Source: the human T2T-CHM13v2.0 reference genome, Homo sapiens. Taken from it: DNA of 64,000 nucleotides. The DNA is taken from the NCBI RefSeq assembly GCF_009914755.1, contig NC_060925.1. The stretch is one strand, 5' to 3'. The translations under genes were made by a program, and so were the position numbers. The notes beneath the pieces were generated by a model. It searched no databases, was not told where the DNA came from, and saw nothing but the letters and a program-made list of their open reading frames with translations. Shown piece after piece: positions 13,391 to 25,070 of the stretch (positions are counted from its first letter, which is position 1; every line of letters begins with the position of its first letter).

Positions 13391-13830
13391 CTACCCATTC
13401 TGTATTCCCTTTGCCTTCAGCAAGCACCTCAGCAGGTCGTGGTTTTTTCCTGGTGGAGTGACCGAAACCGTCATTCCTGAAGGGCCTGGGTCATTTGTAG
13501 TCCTTCCTGGATTGGGCTGTTGTAGTTTCCCATTGACCTTAATCACAGGGCATGGTAATACTAAGAGACACCCAAATAGATCTCCTGTATTCCATGTGTA
13601 CTCTTCCTTACTTCCGTTGTGGAGTAGTAGACTGATTTCACCTTGATAGTCCAGGTCAATCACCCCAGCCAACACTGTAATTACCTTCTTAGCCTGTTGA
13701 CTCAAAGGTAGGAGGAGCCCAAAGGGCCCAGGTGGCAATCTTAACTTTCAGTTTAATGGAATCATTGTTGTGTCTCCTGATGGCAGTGTTCCTCCCTCTG
13801 GAACTAAGACCTCTAGGCCAGCAGAACGTA
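13391..13830 (-). pseudogene. HERV-L dUTPase remnant
   Basis: ORF 13391-13738 contains GVIDLDYQGEI (dUTPase motif 3); upstream part LRSAGLEVLVPEGG...IPLN is separated by a stop at 13748. Confidence 0.88.
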
Positions 13831-13849
13831 ATGTCTCAAGAACAGGAAG

Positions 13850-14570
13850 CAAAATTTTTCCTAGTGGGCCACTAGAGGTGATTGTGAGTGGTGCCACTTC
13901 CACTTCTTGATTCCTGGACCCATGAATCCTGGCTATGGGAGAAACAGTATCATATATTGGATGCCGATTCAGAGCATACATGGCCTTCTGGAGAATTTTG
14001 CCCCAGCCCTGCAAAGTATTGTCACCTAGTTGGCATTGTAATTGTGACTTCAAAAGGCCATTCCACCATTCTAACAATCCAGCTGCTTCAGGATGATGGA
14101 GAACATAGTAAGACCAGTGAATTCCATGAGCATGAGCCCACTGCCACACTTCTTTAGCTGCAAAGTGAGTGCCTTGGTCAGTGGCAATGTAATGCTGTGT
14201 GGAATACCATGATGGTGGGTAAGGCATTCCATGAGTCCATGGATGGTAGTCTTGGCAGAAGCATTGCATGCAGGATAGGCAAATGCATATCTGGAGTAGG
14301 TGTCTATTCCAGTGAGGACACACCTCTTCCCTTTCCATGATGGAAGAGGTCCAATATAATCAACCTGCCACCAGGTAGCTGGCTGATCACCCCGAGTAAT
14401 GGTGCCATATTGAGGGCTCAATGTTGGTCTCTGTTGCTGGCAATTTGGGCACTCAGCAGTGGCTGTAGCCAGGTCAGCCTTGGTGAGTGGAAGTCCATGT
14501 TGCTGAGCTCATGCATAACATCCATCCCTGCCACCATGGCCACTTTGTTCATGGGCCCATTGGGTGACAA
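13850..14570 (-). pseudogene. HERV-L integrase remnant (frameshifted)
   Basis: WWQVDYIGPLP...TGIDTYSRYAFAYP in one frame; ATDQGTHF and HHPEAAGLLEWWNGLLK in another (D,D,E core); WAHEQSGHGG HHCC start. Confidence 0.9.
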
Positions 14571-16431
14571 CAGAGGTGGCTGGTGAAAGAGACTGAGTGG
14601 TGTCCTTAGAACAGGTCATCCTATCCACTCGATTACTAAAATCCTCCTCTGCTGAGGTCACCTGTTGGGGAGCACTCACATGGGATACAAGTGTCTTCAC
14701 AACTTTTGACCATTCAGAGAGGTCCATCCACATACCTCTTCCCCAAATTTCTTTGTCACCAATTTTCTAATCATGCTTCTTCCAAGTCCCTGACCATCCA
14801 GCTAAACCATTGGCTACAGCCCATGAATCAGTATATAATTGCAGATCTGACCATTTCTCTTTCCTTGCTAAGTGTACAGCCAGGTACACTACTCAAAGTT
14901 CTTCCCACTGGGAAGATTTTCCTTCACTGCTGTCCTTCGAGGATGTCCTAGAAAGTGGCTGTAGTGCTACAGCTGTCCACTTGCGGGTGGTGTCTGCATA
15001 TCATGCAGAACCATCTGTGAACCAGGCCCTAGTCTTCTCTTCCTCTGTCAGCTCATCATAGAGAACTCCCCATGAGGCTATCGGTGCAGACTGGGGAAGA
15101 GAAGGCAGGGTGGCAGGAATGGACACCAAGGACATTTGAACTACTTCCTCACGTAACTTACTTGTGTCTTCACAACTTGCTTGAGCCTGATCACGTATAT
15201 ACCACTTCCATTAGATGATGGAATGCTGCTGCGCACGACCCACTTTACGGCTAGATGGGTCAGAAAGCTCCCAGTTCATGATAGGCAGTTCAGGTCACAT
15301 GGTGACTTGATGACCCATAGTCAAATGTTCAGTTTCCACCAAAGTCCAGTAACAGGCCAAGAGCTGCCTCTCAAAAGGAGAGTAGTTATCTGCAGAAGAT
15401 GGCAGGGCCTTTCTCCAAAATCCTAGAGGCCTCTGCTGTGATTCACCTATGGCAGCCTGCCAAAGGCTCCAAAGAGCATCCCTATCTGCCACTGACACCT
15501 CAAGCACCATTGGATCTGCTGGGTCATATGGCAGAAGTGGCAGAGAAGCATGCACAGCAGCCTGGATTTGTTGGAGAGCCTTCTCCTGTTCTGGACCCCA
15601 CTCAAAACTGGCAGCCTTTTGGGTCACTCAGTAAATGGGCCGGAGTAACACACCACAATGAGGAATCTGTTGTCTCCAAAATCCCGATAGGCCCACTAAG
15701 CATTGTGCGTCTTTCTTGATTGTAGGAGGGGTCAAATTCAACCCCTTATCCTTCACCTTAGAAGGAATATATTGACAGGCCCCACACCACAGGAGCCCTA
15801 GAAATTTTACTCAGGTAGAAGGCCCCTGAATTTTGGTCAGATTTATTTCCCATCCTCTAGGATGCAAATGTCTCACCAATAAGTCCAGTATGTTTGGTAC
15901 TTCTTGCTCACTGGATCCAATCAGCATCATGTCATCAGTGTAATGGATCAGTGTAATACCTTATGGAAGTGAAAAGAGATCAAGATCTCTCTGAACAAGA
16001 TTATGACACAAAGCTGGAGAGTTGATATATCCCTGAGGCAGGACAGCAAAGGTATGTTGCTGACATTGTCAGTTGAAGGCAAATTGCTTCTGGTAGGCCT
16101 TATGGACAGGAATGGAGAAAAAGACATTTGCCAAGTCAATGGCTGCATACCAGGTACCAGATGTGTTAATTTGCTCAAGCAATGAAACCTCATCTGGTAC
16201 AGCAGCTGCATTTGGAGTCATCACTTGGTTAATCTTATGATTACCCACTGTCACTCACCAAGATCCTTCTGTCTTCTGCACAGGCCAAATGGGAGAGTTG
16301 AAGGGGGATGTGATGGGAATCACCACCCCTGCATCTTTCCAGTCCTTGATGGTGGCACTTATCTCCACATTTCCTCCAGAGATGTGATATTGTTTTTGAT
16401 TTACTATTTTTCTAGGTAGAGAAACCTCTAG
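14570..16431 (-). pseudogene. HERV-L reverse transcriptase / connection / RNase H remnant (multiple stops and frameshifts)
   Basis: [22 protein letters not shown] (16069-16254); catalytic loop reads HYTDD at 15931-15945; FEWGPEQEKALQQIQ..PLGFW..NYSPFERQLLACYW; RNase H WFTDGSA near 15005-15025. Confidence 0.92.
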
Positions 16432-16742
16432 GAAAGAGGTTTAATTGACTTACAGTTCTGCAGGGCTAAGGAGGCCTGAGGAAACTTACAATCATGGTGG
16501 AAAGGGAAGCAAACATGTCCTCCTTCACATGGCAGCAGGAAGGAGAAGTGCTGAGCAAAAGGGGGAACAGCCCCTTATAGAACCATCAGATCTCATGGGA
16601 ACTCACTCATGATCATGAGAACAGCATGAGGGTAACCACTCCCATGATTATATTACTTCCCACGAGGTCCCTCCCATGTGGGATTGTGGGAACTGTGATT
16701 CAAGTTAAGATTTGGGTGGGAACACAGCGCCAAGCCATATCA
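16430..16742 (-). mobile_element. THE1D-like MaLR LTR lacking its 3' terminal ~60 bp
   Basis: ggaaagaggtttaattgac...gagcaaaagggggaacagcccc...gatttgggtgggaacacag...ccatatca; no tgtattagt end on the left. Confidence 0.9.
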
Positions 16743-17005
16743 TCTGTGTAGGTAAGTGCTTGCCCTAGTGTCACATTCCAGAGTCCTTGGATGGGAATTT
16801 ACAGAAATTGTGTTGGAATCATTGACAATAACAAAGATTTAGACATTTCAATCACTAGTTTTTTAGAGAATGCCATGGCCTGGCTCTATGGCCTTGGGTA
16901 AATCACCTTTCAAATTTGACCTTAGTTACCTGATCTTTGAATCAGGACGATTAGACAAATCTGAAACGAAATTGGGCAATGACTGATTAAGAATCCGAAT
17001 GAACC

Positions 17006-17235
17006 AGTTCAAGACCAGCCTGGCCAAGATGGTGAAACTCTGTCTCTACTAAAAATACAAAAATTAGCCAGTGTGGTGGCAGGCGCCTGTAATCCCAGTT
17101 ACTTGGGAGGCTGAGGCAGAGAATTGTTTGAACCTAGAGGCAGAGGTTGCAGTTAGCCGAGATCGTGCCACTGCACTCCAGCCTCGGTGACAGAGCGAGA
17201 CTCCATTTCAAATTTAAAAAAAAAAAAAAAAAAGG
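17006..17235 (+). mobile_element. 5'-truncated AluS (Sg4-like diagnostics)
   Basis: Begins agttcaagaccagcctggccaagatgg; TSD gaatccgaatgaacc (16991-17005) / gaatcctaatgaacc (17236-17250). Confidence 0.95.
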
Positions 17236-18464
17236 GAATCCTAATGAACCTTATGAGCACTGAGAGCCACAGAAGGCAGAAGCTGTAATTGTGTTAAAAG
17301 CCTACTGGTGGACCACAGCCGTGGGTGTGCAAACACAGGAGCAAGAAAATGTTATTGCCTAGTGGCCCTTGATCTCTTCCTCAGCATGACAGAATACTTA
17401 AAAGTTAGCTTCTTTTCTTCGATGATAGAATTTAAAATCTAAAGCCTATATTTCTTCTTTAGTACCAATTATTCAAAAGAAAAAATAGTACATTTCAGCT
17501 ATTTTAGCCCTTCTTGCATTTTCTCTACTTTTCATTTGCTCTTTAAACTTCCAATACTCTAAGAAGAGATTTTTTCTTTAATTAATAAAGAATGTATGAA
17601 ATACTTCAGCAACTTCACACACCCTATTGTTAAACTCACAGTTATCGTGGAAAGATGAGAAAAAAAATAAGATATGGAATCTCCCAAAACCCCAGTTAGG
17701 TCAGTGGTATTATATTTTAGAGAAGGAATCACAAAACCTTCAGAGATCTGTATCTCTAAATAGATTGGGTATTTGCTAATGCTCTGGGTTAATCATAAAG
17801 ATAAAGGAATGGCTGACAGTGTGGTTGTTTAAAACACAGGCAGTAGGAAAAGTCTGAAAATGTAAATTTGCAATTTTTTTGTTGCTCTGTCCTGCATATG
17901 TGATGTAATGTGCACACTGTCATTGAGCCCTTACTTTCTTTTGAAAGGTTTTTCTGTGCAAAGGGGGAAATCCATCACACAGATTCATGCACCGAGACCC
18001 TGACACATGAGAGTAATCTTGCCAAGCTCTGTCCTCCCCACTTTTTCCATCCCCTGTGGGACTTAGGGAATAAGTCGGCTTCTCTTGACCTAAGATTACT
18101 GACCTATACATGAAGGAGTGGGTAAGTCTTTAAGGAATCTATCTTTCTTGGAGGCTAAAGGAATGATCTCTTCATTACCATTTCTTGCTATACTTGGGAC
18201 ATTTGTGGAAAATATCACTTCTTTGCCCACGGTGGTTCACTGTAGCTTTGACACTGCCTCATAATAAGGAATATATGGTACAAGAAATAATGTGGAAAGA
18301 AAGTCTAGATCTTCTGAATGGTAGCCTGGGTGGAGCCCACTTTCTAAATGTTTTGTAGTAATAGGAAGCATGACACAGAAAAATCCTCAGAATTTCTCAA
18401 AGTGTGTTCTCTACAAGATGAATTATAGAGGTTGTATCAGTTATGATGCTGTTTTTCTGCAAAT

Positions 18465-18717
18465 ATACTTGTCCCTAGTTATCTGAGAGGGATTTTTCCC
18501 ATGCCCTTGTGGATACCAAAATTTGTGGTTGCTCAAGTTCCTCAGAAAAAAGGGCATAGTATTTGCACATAAACCACACACATTCTCTCATATACTTTAA
18601 ATCATCTCTAGATTACCTATATTACCTAATATGTATTTTTAAAATTGTATTATGTTTTATTGTTGTGTTATTTTTATTGTTTTTTCCTAATATTTTTGAT
18701 CCATGGTGAGTTGACTC
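18465..18717. mobile_element. MER2 (Tigger-type DNA transposon)
   Basis: gtggataccaaaatttgtggttgctcaagttcc...gcatagtatttgcacataa...tactttaaatcatctctagattac. Confidence 0.85.
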
Positions 18718-18739
18718 TAACAGAAAACTCAATTACCTT

Positions 18740-18880
18740 GCTACTCATTGTGTGATTCATCAACCAGCACCGGCATCTCTTGGGAGCTGACTAGGGGCCC
18801 AGCCCAGATCTACTGAATCAGAATTTGCATTTTAACAAATCCCCAGATGATTCACCTATTTAAGTCTGAGAAGCTCTTTC
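18740..18880. mobile_element. MER5A-type hAT-Charlie element
   Basis: cccagatctactgaatcagaatttgcattttaacaaatccccagatgattc...aagtctgagaagc. Confidence 0.8.
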
Positions 18881-19584
18881 CTACTTACCACACTGTCACA
18901 CACTGAAGGCGTTTACTTATTTGATGCAATGAGACATCCCAGAGTAGGCAGTTCTGAGTTAGTATAGTGTCTCAATGATTCCATCGGAGACCCAGGATTT
19001 CATCATCTTTGTGCTTCACTATCCTAAGCATGTAGGGCTTTGCCTTTATTCATTGGCCTTAGAATCACAAGGTGGGTATTGGACCACTGATTTCTGGTCA
19101 AGAGGAAAGGCAACCAGGAAAAGATAAAAGGGACTTTCTCTCGGGGGGCCATTCGTTTCTATTCTGGAAGGACACCTGCCTCATGAAGCACCATCTCTTA
19201 GTGCCTATAACTGTGGTGCACAGCTAAGGTTAGACACCAGAGAAGCTGAAGTGTAAAGTATTTAATGTTCTCCATACAATAGATGACACAGGAGAAGTAA
19301 GTCGCTCTTGGGTGGCTAATCCACTGTCCCTGCCATATTTGTTAGCACATTTAGATAGAGAAAAAAATGGCCAAATAAACGTGGAAAATATATTTAAATA
19401 GATTTCCTTTATATAGGGCCACTCAAAATTTTTAATATACCAAGCTTCATTATAAATCTCCCAGAGAGAAATATAGTATGTAATGTTTCCACTTAACCTG
19501 ATCACAGAACCCCCATTTTTCAGGAAAATATTTTCTGCTAAAAAATCAAATAACAAAAAAAGAAAAAAAATAGATTCATAATAT

Positions 19585-19703
19585 TGTCTCTGTCCAATTA
19601 TTCAACCCTGTTGTTAGAGTGCAAAAGCCATGGGCAATAGGTAATGAATTTGGCCCTCTGTGGGCCAGATTTTGCCCATGGGCCATAATTTAGTGACTTC
19701 TGT
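19585..19703 (+). mobile_element. MER58A fragment
   Basis: gtctctgtccaattattcaaccctg...gggccagattttgcccatgggccataatttagtgacttctg. Confidence 0.65.
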
Positions 19704-20349
19704 TTTATAGTTAGCCACAACAAAAATATGGTCAGCAGTAATACAACCACAACAACGTCTATTAATATGGCACCCTAGATTCTACAAACATTTTTAATAT
19801 AACTATATATCTATATTATATACCTAACATAACATATATCTATATGTAATATAAAATATATTATATGTAGATATAGACATATACACACAATCTCTTCTGA
19901 TTCTAACAAACATATGAAAAAGATCATCACTATTTTATGGTTTCTGGAAAATACAGTGTCACGCTGTAAACTTCCCTAAGTAATAGAAACATTCACTAGG
20001 GCTCTGGATATTATACTTAGCTAATTGTAGTAACAGTATAATGCTTTGAATGCTTTGAATTTATACTTTTTCTTCCCTAGGTGCTCAGAGAATTTCTTAA
20101 TTTGATCTTCATAATTGTCCTTTGAGAGAATCCAGCACCCACCGAATTATGCACATGAGCCTTTGAAAGTATTTCACGTACTTTGGATTTATTATTGTAC
20201 TCTGCAATTTGTAGACCTTAAATCACCCCCCGACACACCCCCAACATCTCCCCTTTCAAGTATACTGGATTATTAAAGGCAGATTGGACTGTTAAAGGCA
20301 GCTCAACTTCACTGCTAATTAAGTACCACTATTATACTGTGGACATGGG

Positions 20350-20512
20350 TCTATCATAACATCTATGGTGTTTTGGCACATATGTTTATTTAAATGTTTA
20401 TGTGTCTTCCCTAGGAGACAATAAACCACATTAGGGCCAGACGTGTGTGTGTTCTGTTTGTCTCTGTCCTCAGTGCCAAACAGAGAACATAACATATGAA
20501 TGTTGTTGAGTG
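20350..20512 (+). mobile_element. L2 3' end
   Basis: atgtttatgtgtcttccctag...ctgtcctcagtgccaaacagag...atgaatgttgttgagtga. Confidence 0.6.
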
Positions 20513-20908
20513 ACATGCTCTGTGTTAATAGTGGGGGCGGGGAGCCATGGGGGGCAGTGAGGTTGACTTCCCAGCTACTGGGCTGCCCTTCGGGTTTCAG
20601 AGTCAGTATCTTCTATCCTCACAGATGCACTGCCTCCATCGCTGCAGGTGGCCATCCATTCCAACTCTGCTGGTATTTTCTGTCATGTCAGAGCAATGAG
20701 AACAGATCCCAAGGCGACTGCAATGATGTACCTGTGGATTGAGTTCAGGCCATTAAATTGCCATCATGCGACCTATCTAATGTCATTATAGTCCAGCTTC
20801 AGCAAAGCAGAGTGATAGAGAAAAAAATGACACAATTACCAATGTATGTGTTCTCAGACTTTCAAAAGAGCCTGAAGGAAGAAGTGTCTGTAATAGATGG
20901 AACGGTAG

Positions 20909-20921
20909 ACACACACACATA

Positions 20922-20956
<35 letters not shown>

Positions 20957-21006
20957 TCTCTCTCATTCTCTCTCTCTCTCACACACACACACCCCCTGAC
21001 ACACAG
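20909..21006. repeat. Compound (CA)n/(CT)n microsatellite
   Basis: Read directly. Confidence 0.95.
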
Positions 21007-23532
21007 AGCCATGTTTTCCAGGGAGAAGTTTGTAAATTGTAGGAGGAAAGGAATTACTCAGCTAAGGTTTCTGTTTGGATGTGAGCTCAGTTCACTCTCT
21101 TTGGAACTCTCTATAGTCAAGTCTCTTTTCCAGGGGCTTATGGAAGAAATTTTGCAAATTCAAAAGTGGGAATGTTGAAAACCTGAAGCCCTTAAATCAT
21201 TTATCTGGTGACATATGTTTACTGGTGTTTTACTTTGGGATTAAAAAGAAGAAAGAACTATACTGTCGGACTACAAATTGGTCTACAGCACATATTCGAT
21301 GGAGTATATAACAGACCCCTATGTAATTTTATATTGAATATACTACATCTTGGATTCACTAAGTATAAAGTGACTCCTAGAAATGTTGTTTTGGTAGTTT
21401 TGACTCAGAACCTTTCTCCTGGAAAGGTCCTTTAGGAATTTCCAAATGATTTCTTACTTGTGCAAGTTTCCCAAGTAGCATCTTGCATGCTTTATTGTGC
21501 TGATCTTCTTTCTTAGTGTTCATATGCTTTTTCTTTGTTTTGTTGTTGTTGTTGTATTGGCCTCATTTCTTAGGGAAAGACTTGTGCAAAATTTCCACTG
21601 CTCTTAGCTTCTTATAATTTTAATGTCAGCCTCTCTTGTCACCTAGTCTGGCAAATTGGCCTGGGAACTTTGGGCATCTTTATGCCTTAAAATTATCTTA
21701 AAAATGCCTCCCACCTCCTCTCTAATTAACTGCAATCAGTAAGGCTAGTTGGTGGACACATGGTGTCGTAGCTCTGTGAAATGCTGCCTGATGGCTATAA
21801 ACACAGCCATATGTTCTCTGTGAAATATGGCTGTAATCACCAGCAACAGGAACAGCTGATAGAAGATGAAGGATCGGCTCTGCTTGTCCTCCTGCGTTAT
21901 TTGCAAAACCTGTGAGGCACTTTGCAGATTGGCTGAATATTTTCTCTTCGCCATCACTGCTTCTGCTAAATTTCCTTTGTATTTTAGCTTTAGTTCTTTC
22001 CAATATATATTTGAGCTTGAAATGGCAGTTATTAAAGGAATACGTTTAGTACCCTCCCATTTAACATCACGACACTTTAATTAAGATGGTCTGTCTTGAA
22101 ATCCCGCAGTACACATGTAACCCAGGTTTCTAAAACTAAGTGGTTATCAAGAAAAAGGATAAAACCATCAAAATTTTCACAGTGAATGAACAAGAATTTC
22201 TCAGCAAAGTTCAATAGATTTGCCCTGAACTGGTGCAGCTTATAATACCCTTGAGCCTAATTGCTTTCCTGCATTTTGGCAAGAAAAATAGCTGTCTTGC
22301 AATGGAGTAGAAAGAAGAGGTTTGGAAGAAAGTGTCTTTTAAGAAAAGCTTCCAGTGAAAATTTCAATCAATATTTTTAATCCCAGAAGATGAGATAAAA
22401 TATGATATTATGTTCCTTGCACTGCGAGATTGTGGATAGGGTTGTTTTTCAGTGTAGGTAGGAGAGCAGTTTCAGGAGCAAAGCAGCCTCGGTATCCCTC
22501 CCACACTACGATGCAGACAGTAAGCTATAATCCAACATTTCAACAATGCCTCATATCTGAGATTTAAAACAGTGGACCTCAGATGCCACATCCTTATTCA
22601 GCCAGGGTGGATTCCTGGTTTCGTGGCTGGGCTGTGAGACACAAATGTCTGGCTTTCCCACGCAAGCATGTGAGAGAAGCCGCGTATAAGATGTGTAATG
22701 CACTCTCTGTCTCTCCACTTAGCTGCATTTAGTTGTTTTGTTTATTAAAGTAACCAGACAATACTGAGTGTACAGTTGAGGCATTGATTGCTTTTAAGCC
22801 TCCACTTTCCCATTTTAAAATGTTTTAGTTTGCTAATTTTGATATCAAGTATGTGTGTGCGTATGTACATGTATATATTATATATATTATTGAAAGCTTG
22901 CCTCTTCAATGCTTTGGGGGCTTTGTTAAAACAGGGCTGTCACCCTTTACCCTTTTTTTGCCTTTTTGTTTTTTACACCTTGTATGCACCACACAGGCTA
23001 TTAAACTGTGTGCAGGTGATTGATCTCTTTAATAAAAGCAAGTTCTTTAGTAAGCAAAGAGTGATAAAGATAAACAAATGTACTGGTTTGTCCAGTGCTT
23101 TGGAGATTATGGTAACACGAGGGCATCAAGAAAGCCTATTAACAGATAAGTTAGATGAAACACATCAATTCTGATTTCAGTAAGTCAGGAACCATTCGCT
23201 TTAAGTTAATTTTATCCATGTTTTCTCTTCATTTGTAATACTTTGTGGGTTTTAACAGAAAATATTTAATAGTGTGCTGCGTAGTCCATAGATAAACGAT
23301 GTTGGCAATTTCTCCACCTAACTGCTTGTCAAGCCCCTTAGCAAGGTACACACTGCCCTGCAGTTTATCATCTCGATTTCTAGATTGTTTTGGAAGATCA
23401 TTGAGAGGGCTGAGACTCCCCAGAGGACTGTGCTCTAATCCTGTCATATTTTTTAAAATGCTGGAAAGTGTAAGGTTACATGGTAAGCTGATTTTACATA
23501 GGCATTTCTTCAGCTCGTCACAATAGCGCTCT

Positions 23533-23564
23533 CTTTCCATGGTAACTGGCGTTTCCATGGCACA
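23533..23564. promoter_or_regulatory. Tandem RFX X-box-like motifs
   Basis: ctttccatggtaac (23533-23546) and gtttccatggcaca (23551-23564) compared with consensus GTTNCCATGGNAAC. Confidence 0.45.
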
Positions 23565-24509
23565 CACTGCAAGCTCCTCCAGAGCAGCTGAGGGGCTTTC
23601 TGAAGATGCTCACCCACCCACAAGTGTGAGCACACTTGCCCTCTCTCTCTCTCTCAGGCACAGATTCAGCCCACCGTTTATGTGAAGACAGGCACATTTT
23701 CTCACAGAAATTCACCAAATGGAACAAAGCTAATTTAAAAATAAAATTTGCTTTGCTCCCTATTATGTGATAAGACAAATAGCCACTGATGTGGCCTTTT
23801 AGAGTGATCTGGAAATGTCACAAAGCCAGTGTTGTCCTCATTGACATGGATTAACAGGATAAAATCTTGGAGGCAAAATTTGACAGGGAAAGCAGTCGTC
23901 CCTGGACCAGATTTTCTAAATTTATTTCCATTCCTTACACTTTGAGCTAAGTCTATAGCTCAACATCATGTTAGATGCTGTGAAGCATAAAAGAAATTTA
24001 TGCCCACGGGGACCTTGCTTTTGTTTGGAGACTTGGGGGAATAAGATTTAGACATATGCAATAATTAGAAAATAATATAAGGCTGTAAATAATCAAAATA
24101 TATTCTTCCCATAGGATCACTCCAACATTTTTAGGCTTGGGGGCAAAAAATTTCGCTGTTTTCTTCCCCTATCACTATTATCCTTAGGACTAGCAAAAAC
24201 CAAAACATTTCAGGAAGATGCACCAGTTTAGGAAGATGTAGTGGTGAAGAACTTTTTGAGGTACTATCTGCTTAATTTTTAAGAATAAATAGCCATTATA
24301 TTGTTCTTTTATTACTGATTTCATAATTGACATCTTATCCTTTTTAAGCATAGGCGGTCACTTCTCAAGTTGACTTTCTGGTGCTTTAAATAAAATGTAC
24401 AGTTTTCATTTGGTCTGAGCAAATTGAGTTAGACTACATCATCATCTGAATGACGATTCCTATATTGTCTTTTTTCTTTGATGAAGCAAGGCAGTGTAGA
24501 GAACATGGC

Positions 24510-24866
24510 TGCTATGGTTAAGTTTGTGTGTTGGAAACTTAATCCCCAGTTCAACGGTGTGGAGAGGCAGGACCTTTAAGAGCTGATTAGAACTAAAGGC
24601 ATGATCTTAGTAGTGGGTTAGTTATTATGGGAATGGGTTCCTGATAAAAGGATAAGTTTGGCTCACTTTCTCTTTTGCTCCCTCTCATCCTCTTTCGCCT
24701 TCTTATCTAATGCCGTGGGATGACACAGCAAGAAGGCCCTAATAAGGTGCTGGCACCTTGATATTAGAATTCCCAGCCTCCAAAACTATGAGAAATAAAT
24801 TGTTTTTTAATACAAATTACCCAATCTGTGGTATTCTGTGATAGCAACACAAAACAGACTAAGAAA
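24510..24866 (+). mobile_element. MSTD/MSTC-like MaLR solo LTR, inserted in a MIR
   Basis: tgctatggtt...aaacttaatcccca...gatgacacagcaagaaggccc...ttacccaatctgtggtattctgtgatagcaacacaaaacagactaaga. Confidence 0.88.
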
Positions 24867-25070
24867 ATAGATTTGTGGTTAAATAAATTCATTTGACTTC
24901 TGGATCTCTCATTTATTAGCTTTGTGGCTTTGGCCAAGTTAACTGACCTCTCTGAACTGGAGCAGCAAAGTGGTCTTAATACAATGGTAGGTATGTTTGT
25001 TTCTGTTAGGGTAACTGTGAGGATTAAGTGGGATATTGATATGCTCAATAAACGGTAGCTTATTTATTCA
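24867..25070 (+). mobile_element. MIR (continues from about 24488)
   Basis: attagctttgtggctttggccaagttaactgacctctctgaac...tgtgaggattaagtggga...ctcaataaacggtagc. Confidence 0.7.

Larger units (their letters stand above)
13028..16431 (-). mobile_element. HERV-L internal region, 3' half only (RT-RNaseH-integrase-dUTPase); gag and 5' LTR absent
   Basis: Translated motifs listed in the pseudogene entries; ERV-L order with dUTPase downstream of integrase and no env. Confidence 0.95.
18433..19260 (-). mobile_element. Old MLT1 (K/L-like) LTR, fragmented by MER2 and MER5A
   Basis: tgtatcagttatgatgc...ctgcaa|aacagaaaactc...; ctcaatgattccatcggagacccagg...ctatcctaagcatg...cacaaggtgg. Confidence 0.5.

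Noticed and set aside
13391-13738. Domesticated intact dUTPase gene
   Set aside because: The N-terminal part is cut off by a stop at 13748 and the surrounding pol is full of stops and frameshifts; no sign of ORF preservation.
21803-21834. 10-bp inverted repeat acagccatat/atatggctgt, and the 9-bp one at 48014-48032
   Set aside because: A few stems of this length are expected by chance in 64 kb; no supporting context.
22633-22662. Notch paired site (SPS): tgtgagac ... ttcccacg
   Set aside because: The spacer is 14 bp, outside the usual 15-17 bp, and the first site is mismatched. Only the single CSL site is noted.
22788-23778. ORFs of 75-128 aa in the TE-poor block as coding exons
   Set aside because: Low-complexity, biased composition, no domain similarity that I recognise and no convincing splice-site pairs.
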